From positions 214,989 to 278,988 of the IMG/VR virus record IMGVR_UViG_3300047322_001237: a stretch of DNA of 64,000 nt. One strand, given 5' to 3'. Made by a program: the position numbers and the translations under genes. The notes below the pieces were generated by a model that worked only from the letters and a program-made list of their open reading frames with translations, made no database searches and was not told the origin of the DNA. Each line of letters opens with the position of its first letter. The first letter of the stretch is position 1. Positions 49,226 to 57,725 of the stretch are shown here, one piece after another.

Positions 49226-50224
49226 TTACAACACCAGGCCGGTATCGGTAGCCTGATCAGCACTGCTGGAGATGCCTCCCTTGCGCAGACGGGCAGCCGT
49301 CTGCTCGTTCATGTCGTCCAGCACTCGGTGCAGGTCGGCGGCGACGTCGGCGAATACGCCGTCCGACGTCACGAAGTGACACGGCGCCTCGAGGTCGAGT
49401 TGGTCGGAAGCACCGTCGAGGTAGCCGACGTATTGCACTTCCGGACGCAGCGACAGGTTCGGATCGACACCAGTGGTCGTAAGCGTCGCGATGCTGATGA
49501 GGTTGCCGATCTTGCCGAGATTCGTCGCGTTCAGATCTTCGATGAGCGTAAGTGCGGTGAGCATCGGCTTGTAGGATGTGACCTTCTGGTAATGCAGCCA
49601 GTGGTACAGATCCTTCGAGTCGAGCTCACGGTTGCGACGCGAGAACAGCAGGCAGAGGGCCGCGACGATATGCTGAATGCGCTTATCGACGACCGAGCGC
49701 GTCATTTCCGCGCTGTTCTGCAGGTACGTCACGACTACCGGCTCCTGACGCACCGACGCGATCTGATCGTACGACTTGAGCGTGTTCAGCGTGTTTTCGG
49801 TGTACTTCTTCGTGCTGTCGTCGCCGACGCAGATGACGACGGTCGGATAGTCCTTTGCGAGGAGTTCCGAGACGATCGACGGCGCGATCACAGAACCGGA
49901 ACCGCCACCGCCCGACGACAGGACGATGTTCAGGTCGACCGGCTTGAAGGTCTGCAGGATGTCGCGCACGCGCTCGCTGATGGCGCCGTGATTTTCGCGG
50001 CGCACTTGACCCGAGCCGTCGAGGCCGTCAATCAGATAGACGCTTTCCGCCTTGATGTCCGAATGAAGGTTCGACTTCGACGTGTCGATGTACACGACGT
50101 CCAGTTGCGCGAACGTTTCATCGCTGCTTTTCGCGACGTCCTCGACCTTGTGGCCCATGTTAATGCCAGCGCCGCCGCACGCGTAGAGTCGCACGCGACC
50201 GCGTTCACGTTCATGCGTAGTCAT
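49226..50224 (-). CDS. phuZ: phage tubulin PhuZ
   Basis: CGGAGIN, IDTS, tubulin signature GGGGSGS and a short acidic C-tail (DQATDTGLVL). About 332 aa; ATG at 50224 after AAGGA. Confidence 0.93.
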   Translation of the reverse strand: MTTHERERGRVRLYACGGAGINMGHKVEDVAKSSDETFAQLDVVYIDTSKSNLHSDIKAESVYLIDGLDGSGQVRRENHGAISERVRDILQTFKPVDLNIVLSSGGGGSGSVIAPSIVSELLAKDYPTVVICVGDDSTKKYTENTLNTLKSYDQIASVRQEPVVVTYLQNSAEMTRSVVDKRIQHIVAALCLLFSRRNRELDSKDLYHWLHYQKVTSYKPMLTALTLIEDLNATNLGKIGNLISIATLTTTGVDPNLSLRPEVQYVGYLDGASDQLDLEAPCHFVTSDGVFADVAADLHRVLDDMNEQTAARLRKGGISSSADQATDTGLVL

Positions 50225-50507
50225 GTTTCGTGTTCCTTGGGGTTGTGACTTGTGGTTGGTCATAACAAGTCTGAGGGGGATAAAAAATATCCGAGCGTCA
50301 GGGCGAGGGAACGTCGCGCGGTCCACATTCCGGACAAACGCAATTCTGCTTCGGAAGATCCGTTGTCTCGCACCGATCGATCAGTTCATGCCGATCGCTA
50401 CTTACTTCGGGTGGCGTGGTGACATCCACGAGAGCCTCACCGGTATATTGCGCCATCGTGCTTCTCCTTGAAGGAAATCATTTGATTAGTACGGCGTACC
50501 TCAAGTA

Positions 50508-50521
50508 GGTGATATATCGCC
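50508..50521 (-). promoter_or_regulatory. near-palindrome GGTGATATATCGCC containing the early promoter motif
   Basis: Between the divergent phuZ and 50554 genes. Confidence 0.55.
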
Positions 50522-50553
50522 GTAAATTCCTAAGATCCCTTCACGGAGCCTGC

Positions 50554-51357
50554 ATGAATCCCATTACCAAGGCCCTCGCAGACATCAAGTTCCGCATTCC
50601 GCCCGAGATCCTGCACACCGTTTTCGTTCAGCGCGTCGAGCGTTGGCGCGATACACCGAAGAGCATCGACGACCAGATCATGAATTTGGTCATGCGTCCT
50701 CGCGTTTTGATCGATTGCAACCTGGTGGGCGGCACCGAGATCTGGATTTGTCTAGATGGCTTGTGCGAGAGCGGTGGCAGCATCTACGAATCGGTCTATC
50801 GCATCCCGAAGAAGATGACCAACGGCCGGACGATCATGTCCGTGCTCAACGTCTCCTTCGCCGATCCGTCGCGTGTGTCGGCAGCTGGCATTGCAGCGAA
50901 CGGCCAGAACAACATGATGTTGCAGGCAGGACAGGCCGTGATGGATGCGATGGGGATGATTCCCCAGACGTCGACCGCTCGGCTAGAACTGATCGGCGAG
51001 AACGTGGTGCTGGTGCGAGATGTGATGACGATGCCCGCCAATGCGTACCTGCGCTGCACCGTGGCGAACGACGAGAATCTGAACAACATCCAATTGCGCA
51101 GCTATCTCGCCTTCGTGAAGCTCGTCGAGTATGCAGTCAAGTCCTACATCTACAACACCTACATCGTGCAGTTGGATATGGGTGAGCTGCGCGGCGGGCA
51201 AACGCTCGGAAAGATCAAGGAGATCGTCGAGAGTTACGCGGACGCGGAAGAATTGTACGAAACGTACTTGCGCGAGAAATGGAGAAAGGTTGCTTTCATG
51301 AACGACCAAGAGTCGTTTAACAGGTACCTTAGACTCATGATCGGCGGGAATCGATAA
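50554..51357 (+). CDS. conserved phiKZ-like virion protein (probable)
   Basis: 267 aa, MNPITKALADIKFRIPPEIL; divergent from phuZ. Confidence 0.7.
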   Translation: MNPITKALADIKFRIPPEILHTVFVQRVERWRDTPKSIDDQIMNLVMRPRVLIDCNLVGGTEIWICLDGLCESGGSIYESVYRIPKKMTNGRTIMSVLNVSFADPSRVSAAGIAANGQNNMMLQAGQAVMDAMGMIPQTSTARLELIGENVVLVRDVMTMPANAYLRCTVANDENLNNIQLRSYLAFVKLVEYAVKSYIYNTYIVQLDMGELRGGQTLGKIKEIVESYADAEELYETYLREKWRKVAFMNDQESFNRYLRLMIGGNR

Positions 51358-51405
51358 CAGCATAGAGGCCCGGGGATTCCCCGGGCCCTTATGACGCTTG
51401 GTCAG

Positions 51406-52053
51406 TTACGCAGCGGCTTCGCTCGTTGCGCGCACCGAACGGTTGAAGTCGTCGGGCAGCAAGAACGTGAAGACAGCGGCGCTGCGAGGGCACGCCTCGC
51501 TAGCAGTGGGTTCAACGAACAGATCGATCGTACCCAAGTCGCCGAACGTCCACGTGACCATGATCGAGTGCGAGTGGGCGAGCAGGGTGCGGCGAAGTTC
51601 GTAGAAGAGAGTAGCGAACTGAAGCGTCCGCTTTTCCCCGCCCTGGCCGTTGCCCAGCTGGTACTCGCCTTCGAAGACCGTGCTGCTGACCAGGTTGAGA
51701 GCCGACTCCAGTTCCTTGATCGCTTGAGACACGCTCTCGTAATAGCTGTGATCGTCGATACCTTGAGTCGACATATGCAGGGTCGCGAACGGCATTGCTT
51801 GATCGCCCAGCAGCGCGACGTGCTCGTTGACATCGGGCAGCAGGCCGCCTTTCTCGTTCGGCAGCACGTGCACACCGTAGGTCGCCGAGAAGCCCGGGTG
51901 CGACGACAGAATGCGCAGCGTCTCACGCCATTCGGCGAGGAACTTCTGCTCGGCTGTGTCGCCCATGTGCTGGTAGGCGATCGACTTCAGGAACGGACGA
52001 TCTTCCAGCGGGAAGGTGTAGCCGTGGAACAGTAGGCTATGTGCGTTTTTCAT
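51406..52053 (-). CDS. hypothetical protein
   Basis: 215 aa, downstream of the XRE gene. Confidence 0.65.
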   Translation of the reverse strand: MKNAHSLLFHGYTFPLEDRPFLKSIAYQHMGDTAEQKFLAEWRETLRILSSHPGFSATYGVHVLPNEKGGLLPDVNEHVALLGDQAMPFATLHMSTQGIDDHSYYESVSQAIKELESALNLVSSTVFEGEYQLGNGQGGEKRTLQFATLFYELRRTLLAHSHSIMVTWTFGDLGTIDLFVEPTASEACPRSAAVFTFLLPDDFNRSVRATSEAAA

Positions 52054-52063
52054 GTTCGTTCGC

Positions 52064-52696
52064 TTACTTGCTTGCCGTCGGGACCAGCTCGAGCGTGAGC
52101 GTGAAGCCCAGTGCGTCGACGAGTTGATAGAGGCGGTCAACCGTCAGTGCCTGACGCCCGGTCTCGATCTCGCTGATGGTCGACGGCGCCAGGGACGTCT
52201 TCGCAGCCAGTTGCGATTGCGTGAGGCGCGCCGTGACACGCAGTTCGCGCAGCGTGCGGCCGACGTCCTTGCAGCTCATCGAAATTTCACGGACCGCCGA
52301 CTTCACGACCTTCTTCTTTGCGAATGCATCCTTCGCGACCTTGCGACGCTTCACGTTCGCGCCGGCGACACCGCGCTTTGCAACCGCGTCAGCGATCTTG
52401 GCCGGCGTGTTCGCTTCCGGCACGGCTGGTGCGGCCGCGGCGGCGGTGGTTGCCGGCTTTGCGACGAGATCCTTGAACGCGGCGTTCGCATCGGCCGTCT
52501 TCTGGGAGAGCGACTGCTTCGCGGCGGGCTTCTTGGCTGTGACTGTCTTCGCGACCGGCTGCTTCACGGCGACGCTGGCTTTCGCCGGCTTCGCGACGGT
52601 CTTCTTCACAGGTGCCGTCACCGGAGCCGGTGCGGTCTTGACTGCTGCCGGTGCCTTCGCGACAACTGCGGTCTTCGTGGTTTTCTTCGTGGCCAT
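52064..52696 (-). CDS. histone-H1-like Lys/Ala-rich domain fused to an XRE/Cro-CI HTH
   Basis: About 135 aa of K/A/T/P/V-rich sequence, then LRELRVTARLTQSQLAAKTSLAPSTISEIETG (classic XRE HTH). Confidence 0.85.
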   Translation of the reverse strand: MATKKTTKTAVVAKAPAAVKTAPAPVTAPVKKTVAKPAKASVAVKQPVAKTVTAKKPAAKQSLSQKTADANAAFKDLVAKPATTAAAAAPAVPEANTPAKIADAVAKRGVAGANVKRRKVAKDAFAKKKVVKSAVREISMSCKDVGRTLRELRVTARLTQSQLAAKTSLAPSTISEIETGRQALTVDRLYQLVDALGFTLTLELVPTASK

Positions 52697-52733
52697 GTTC
52701 GTATTGTCTTTGGTTGAGGGTGTTGCTTCGGGG

Positions 52734-53645
52734 TTAGAAATGTGCTTCGGAATCTTTCGGATCGCTCGCTTGCCTGGGGCCGAGTTTGAGCGCACGGATG
52801 CCTGCAGCAAGCTTCGCCGCTTGCGCGATCGCGCCGCGGAAGACTGCCTTTTCGATGAACTCGTGTGGCAGGCAATGCGCGCTCTCTGCTTCGCTCTGCT
52901 CGACTGCCTGATCGCAGAGGAGGGCAGCGGCTTCGACTGCGTTATCGATCATCAGCGCGTTCTCAGCGTTGCTGTCCTGCGGCTGCTTCAGGACCGCGGA
53001 GAGGCTTTGGTGCACATGACCGAGTGCCTTGTTGTAGCCGCGTTCGTAGTCGCCGTAGATCTTCGAACACTCCTTCGGGAGCGCGGCCAGGAGAGTCTGG
53101 CGAGTGGCACGGATCGGATTGGCGTCGAGCGCCTTCGCGACGCGCTCGAGTCGGTTGGCAACGTTGTTGCGATTGTGATCGTCGCGGCCGTCCTGCTTCG
53201 TGTAGCCGAGCAGATCGATGAATGTGCTCAGGTCGATCTTGCCGAACATCGTGAGCTTGAGCAGGCCCGCCTCCCAGAAGACGGGTGACGCGTGCAGCTT
53301 GAAGCTCGGAATCGGCAGCTTGCCGTCAGCACGAACAGATTCGGGAACGTCGATGACATCATTCGACTCGTACATGGCGACCGTGCCGATGACCGTGCCG
53401 AGCATGATGGCGCGCTTGCCGTTCTTGAACGACCCGGTGGCGTAGGTGCCCGGGTCCAGGATGGGATCCCTTTCCGAGGGTTCGAGCTTCAGGCGATCGT
53501 TCTCGTCGAGCTCGAGTGGTGCAATCTTTTTGAGGTCGATCTCTTTGAACTTCTTGTCGAAGTATTCGAGATACGGCTCGATCTGGTCGCGCAGCTGCTG
53601 AGGCAGGTCAGCGAGAGCCGCCTTGGGTTTTGCGTATGGGATCAT
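52734..53645 (-). CDS. hypothetical protein
   Basis: About 303 aa from ATG 53645; the ORF track extension crosses homopolymer tracts and is probably non-coding. Confidence 0.7.
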   Translation of the reverse strand: MIPYAKPKAALADLPQQLRDQIEPYLEYFDKKFKEIDLKKIAPLELDENDRLKLEPSERDPILDPGTYATGSFKNGKRAIMLGTVIGTVAMYESNDVIDVPESVRADGKLPIPSFKLHASPVFWEAGLLKLTMFGKIDLSTFIDLLGYTKQDGRDDHNRNNVANRLERVAKALDANPIRATRQTLLAALPKECSKIYGDYERGYNKALGHVHQSLSAVLKQPQDSNAENALMIDNAVEAAALLCDQAVEQSEAESAHCLPHEFIEKAVFRGAIAQAAKLAAGIRALKLGPRQASDPKDSEAHF

Positions 53646-53790
53646 GAGGGTAGGGTGGGTGATGACACATACCCTACGGTCCCCCAGTATTTCTTCTCCG
53701 CAGACGGGCATAAGGACCAGTCCGCGGCCGGTCGAATTTTCGGTCCCCCCTCCCCCCAGAAAAAGCGGGGGTTTTTCCTGCAATAGATAG

Positions 53791-53818
53791 AGGAGAGGGG
53801 ACCTTCGTCCCCTCTCCT
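53791..53818. terminator. 12-bp perfect hairpin AGGAGAGGGGAC-CTTC-GTCCCCTCTCCT
   Basis: Lies in a hairpin- and homopolymer-rich intergenic region. Confidence 0.55.
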
Positions 53819-54164
53819 AGGATCGACGGCCCCCCTCCCCCAAAACCTATCTATTCTTTATAAATTGAAGGTCACTTTTTCTTGGTGTTGTTGTGTGTGA
53901 CTTTCGATGCAAAGGATGCGGATAGAACGGTATTTTTTTATTCAGTTGGTGGTATGTATTTAAGACGGTCCTCTCTGGGACCGTCAATTAGCGAGAGATG
54001 ACCAACTTTAGTTTTTTTAGATTTTTGCATCGAAAGAAGGCATAGACAGACAACACGAACAACAACAAGAACAGAATCAACGAAAAGGGCAAAGACTTAA
54101 AAGCAAAACCTCTAAAGGGGCGGCCGGGGCGCGGCGGCGGGATTGGCGATGCGCCAGCAAGACC

Positions 54165-54806
54165 TCATAACGCAGATGCAGCTTTGTTCACCGCTTTAGC
54201 CGGCTTTGCTGCAATTCGAGCGTCATACACGCCTTTCAGTGGCAACCAGGTGTTTGTGACCGAAAACTTCATGAAACTGGGGTGGGTGGCGACGATGTGT
54301 GTGTTCTTTTCTCCTGGCCAGATCCATCCCTCATTTGTTTCTTCGGCCCATTTACCGTACTTTGCTACCAGCGCTTTGAATAGTTCGCTCTCGTATGCAT
54401 AGCCAGTCAGGATATAAACGTCCATGACCTTGTCATCAAGCAACTCGATGTGTGCCTCGTAGGGAACGCCTAAGTCCGGCGGGTAGTTCATAACGGCGTT
54501 AGTTCGGCCAAGGTCAGTATCAGGAGACTTCTGAAGGGCGTAGCATTTATTACCGGGCTTCGTAGATTTGCAGTCCGGTAGCTGACCCACGAGCGGTTGT
54601 CCCAACTTTACGCCAAGGAACGTGTCGTGGTCTTTGGGAGGCTGTACCGCAATATCGTTTCCGCCTTGCTGTGGGGCTAACTTTAACCACGGTTCTATCT
54701 TTGATAAATCCGGACGCTCCGACTGCGCGAAGCAGAGTGTTGTGCCGGTCATGGCAAGGACCCCTACGATTCTCCACACGGCGTTCGCAATTTTCTGCTG
54801 CGACAT
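54165..54806 (-). CDS. secreted/periplasmic protein (AT-richer cargo)
   Basis: Signal peptide ending LCFA-Q; GAGG RBS. Confidence 0.7.
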   Translation of the reverse strand: MSQQKIANAVWRIVGVLAMTGTTLCFAQSERPDLSKIEPWLKLAPQQGGNDIAVQPPKDHDTFLGVKLGQPLVGQLPDCKSTKPGNKCYALQKSPDTDLGRTNAVMNYPPDLGVPYEAHIELLDDKVMDVYILTGYAYESELFKALVAKYGKWAEETNEGWIWPGEKNTHIVATHPSFMKFSVTNTWLPLKGVYDARIAAKPAKAVNKAASAL

Positions 54807-54990
54807 TGAGATACCTCCTCTGATATCCGAGGCCGGTGAGTGTTGCCGAACCTCCAGTCTAGTTCAAATTTTCTGAGCGGATATTTGCGGAAACGAACGT
54901 ACGATCGTTTCGTTCGAATTGACGGTGCATGCCTAATCGTGTGTTTGAGTGCAGTCGGTCTGCGCTCGCCCGAATATCCCCGGAGGAACT

Positions 54991-55779
54991 ATGTCCCTGC
55001 TCAAAGCTGCGCTGGAAGGCGAACTCGTCGGCCAGCAAGAGAATCCTGCGCCCCAGGCGTCGGAGAAAGAGATGCTGGAACTGAAAGGTCCGCTCTCGGA
55101 AGTCTTTTCACAAGCGCTTCAAAAGGCCTACGCCCGTCCCACGTCCAGCGACGCACCGGAAAGCGGAGTCGCAACCGAGTCGCAGGCGAATGACGCACTG
55201 GCAATCGCACAGCTCGTCAACGACATGGAAATGGCGAACGCAGCGACCCCGTCCGATGGCAACTCGACGACGGTGTACGGCGTGGCAGCCAACGATGTGA
55301 AGCCGGAAGACATCGTGGAAGTCAGCCAGGATCTGGCAGAGAGCGCCGACAACTTCGCGATCGTCATGGACGCGACCCAACCCTCCGTGAACGGCAGCGA
55401 CAGCAGCGCACCGAGCGAGCGTGTCGAGTATTTCGCCAAGGCACTGGAAGCACTCGCCGAAGCCTACGGCGTCAAGGTGTTCCCGAGCCTGGAAGCGTTC
55501 GCTGCTGATTGGGTCGCCAAGAAGCAGATCGCGACCGAAGCGAAGAAAGAACCCAGCGCTGAAGAACGCGCAGAGCAGAAAAAGTTCAACGCACTGTCGT
55601 TCAAGATCAGTGACCACGCTGTCGCGATTGCGAAGCGGATCGACAAGGCCTTGAAGGCTGGCTACAAGGTGCGCTTCGGCAGGGGACCTAAGGAGAGCGT
55701 CTGCGTGTACGTCTCCGGAAAGAATCCGGCCGGTGGCCCGGCCGTCGAGAATATGGCCGGCACCGAATACAACGACTAA
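54991..55779 (+). CDS. probable inner-head virion protein
   Basis: GGAGG RBS; acidic; several A/S-X-E sites (AALE, VATE, KALE, PSLE, IATE) like phiKZ-type prohead protease sites. Confidence 0.6.
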   Translation: MSLLKAALEGELVGQQENPAPQASEKEMLELKGPLSEVFSQALQKAYARPTSSDAPESGVATESQANDALAIAQLVNDMEMANAATPSDGNSTTVYGVAANDVKPEDIVEVSQDLAESADNFAIVMDATQPSVNGSDSSAPSERVEYFAKALEALAEAYGVKVFPSLEAFAADWVAKKQIATEAKKEPSAEERAEQKKFNALSFKISDHAVAIAKRIDKALKAGYKVRFGRGPKESVCVYVSGKNPAGGPAVENMAGTEYND

Positions 55780-55982
55780 CGGAGTGCATGATGGTCTTCC
55801 CACTCCAGTTCTTCATGTTGCAGCAGGTCATGGTCCGCTCGCAGATTGAGTTGATGATGACGCCGTGGTGGCTCTGGTAATCGCGTCAGAAGGCGTGGCG
55901 GGGATACCCGCCGCGCTTTATGCCGTCGCCAATCTTGTGATCCGGACGCTTTATGTCCGAGCAAATACTTGAGGAAGCGACA

Positions 55983-57212
55983 ATGTCTGGGACCATTCAA
56001 GGCGTCTTCGCCGAGGCCTGCCGGAGCCTGGTGTTCGATGCCGCATTCGCGAAGAAGCTGGCGATCTACCGCACGTCGTTCACGCACAAAAACGAGGACC
56101 ACATCAAGTTCTTCGGCGGCAATCTGCTGGGCGTCGAGGTGGTGCGATTCACCGATGCGGACCGCGATCAGTGGTTCGATGAAATTTTGAAGACGGACCA
56201 GAATAGTCTGACCGAAAGCCTCCTGGCCTTGCCGACGGTGAACCCGACGTTCAACGTCTCGAGCGACACCATGAACTTATCGTGCGCGTGGCTGATGCAT
56301 GCGCTGTTCGCCTCGCCCAAGCTGAACCCCCAACAGAAGCACGATGCGATGATGGACGTCGGCCTTGTGCTCCAGTACAAGTTCCTCACCTCGCGTCTCT
56401 ACCGTCACTTCCGTTATCCGGCTGACCGTGCAACAGCAGAGGCGACGTATGCCGCGCTTTCTGGCAAATACGCGATCAAACAGCTCGGGAGCTGGAACCG
56501 CGTGCTCGAGCAGCGCACCGAGGATCTGATCTCGCCCGAAGGCCTGCACTTCAAGGCGATCTCCAAGATGGACAACGATCTGGAGGTGATCTACCTGCTG
56601 AACGACACGCAGGGCCGTATCCGGGACATGTTGAAAAATATCTACGACGTGTTCCTGCAGATCCACCATCAGGGCATCAAGATCCAGTCCACGTCCTCGC
56701 TCATGGAGTACGACGGCGAAGTGTTCCTGAAGGACCGGAGCAAGAACCTGTTGGCGTACACTCGCTATCTGCACTCGCTCATCACGGACAAGGCGTCCTT
56801 CATGCGCGAAGAGCTGATGGGGGTCATCGAGAAGTTGATGCACACGACGCCGCCGCGGCTGTTCCGTGAAACGCTCACGTGGCTCTCGGACAACTACCGC
56901 CAGTCGGGCGCCGGCAAGATCGAGGAACTGCTTAACGAGGTCCTGATCCACAGCTTCGACTACCTCGCCGAAGAGCGCACCATGGTGCGCAACCATGTGG
57001 ATCTGCCAACCTTGCTCGCGCGACTGAAGGGCGTTTACACGTCCTCGCGCAGTATCGATCCCGCGCTGTTCTCCCTTCGTGAGAAAGCGGAGTGGTGCGT
57101 GAAGCAGGCGACGGGCAATCGCAATGACAGCGTCATCGCATCCGTCCGGACGTCGGTCCTGTTGTACTTGGTCGTTCGAACGATGACCATGCAGCACTAC
57201 ACGAACAAGTAG
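55983..57212 (+). CDS. conserved phiKZ-like virion structural protein (gp32-like position)
   Basis: KNEDHIKFFGGNLLGV segment; 409 aa. Confidence 0.72.
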   Translation: MSGTIQGVFAEACRSLVFDAAFAKKLAIYRTSFTHKNEDHIKFFGGNLLGVEVVRFTDADRDQWFDEILKTDQNSLTESLLALPTVNPTFNVSSDTMNLSCAWLMHALFASPKLNPQQKHDAMMDVGLVLQYKFLTSRLYRHFRYPADRATAEATYAALSGKYAIKQLGSWNRVLEQRTEDLISPEGLHFKAISKMDNDLEVIYLLNDTQGRIRDMLKNIYDVFLQIHHQGIKIQSTSSLMEYDGEVFLKDRSKNLLAYTRYLHSLITDKASFMREELMGVIEKLMHTTPPRLFRETLTWLSDNYRQSGAGKIEELLNEVLIHSFDYLAEERTMVRNHVDLPTLLARLKGVYTSSRSIDPALFSLREKAEWCVKQATGNRNDSVIASVRTSVLLYLVVRTMTMQHYTNK

Positions 57213-57246
57213 GTGCTGTTTTCTTTGTCTTCTCAGGATCGCCCTT

Positions 57247-57681
57247 ATGGCACTGCTAGTTGATTTCTGGGAATGGGGCCGGGCAATGGTGCAACGGGGA
57301 ATTGTACGATTGCAGGGTCCGAGCTGGGTGCAAGAGTCGACGAAGGGGGAGGTGAGCAGCCTCTCCATTCACACGGTGCACGGGTACGATCTCAGCATCT
57401 GCGTTGAGGCGACGTACTACGAACGCACGTATGAGCGCTTGTACATGCCGTCGCGTCTCATGGCGAGCTACCACGTCTATACGCTGGTGCCGCCGGAGGC
57501 ACCGGAGCGCCTGAGACTTATTGCTGGAACGTTCACTGCAGATCTGCCGCGGCAGTACGTGTGGGCAGACGAGATGATGCAGAAGCAAGGGGCCATAGAA
57601 GCCTACCTCGATCTGCTCATCAACCGACTCGATCGGCGCGGGACACCGCGCTGCACGAGCGGACTCATCTTAGACCGATAA
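57247..57681 (+). CDS. hypothetical protein
   Basis: 144 aa, co-transcribed with the upstream gene. Confidence 0.6.
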   Translation: MALLVDFWEWGRAMVQRGIVRLQGPSWVQESTKGEVSSLSIHTVHGYDLSICVEATYYERTYERLYMPSRLMASYHVYTLVPPEAPERLRLIAGTFTADLPRQYVWADEMMQKQGAIEAYLDLLINRLDRRGTPRCTSGLILDR

Positions 57682-57724
57682 CGTCATAGAGGCCAGAGCG
57701 GAATCCGCTCTGGCTCTTATGCCG
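57682..57724 (+). repeat. hairpin element copy 1 (GCCAGAGCGG-AAT-CCGCTCTGGC + TTATGCCG)
   Basis: Near-identical to 58827-58872. Confidence 0.85.
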
Positions 57725-57725
57725 T

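Noticed and set aside
49226-50224. Host ftsZ or host rpoB/rpoC interpretation of the tubulin and RNAP genes
   Set aside because: The RNAP is split into phiKZ-sized pieces, the tubulin lacks FtsZ context and tail, and the neighbours are phage genes.
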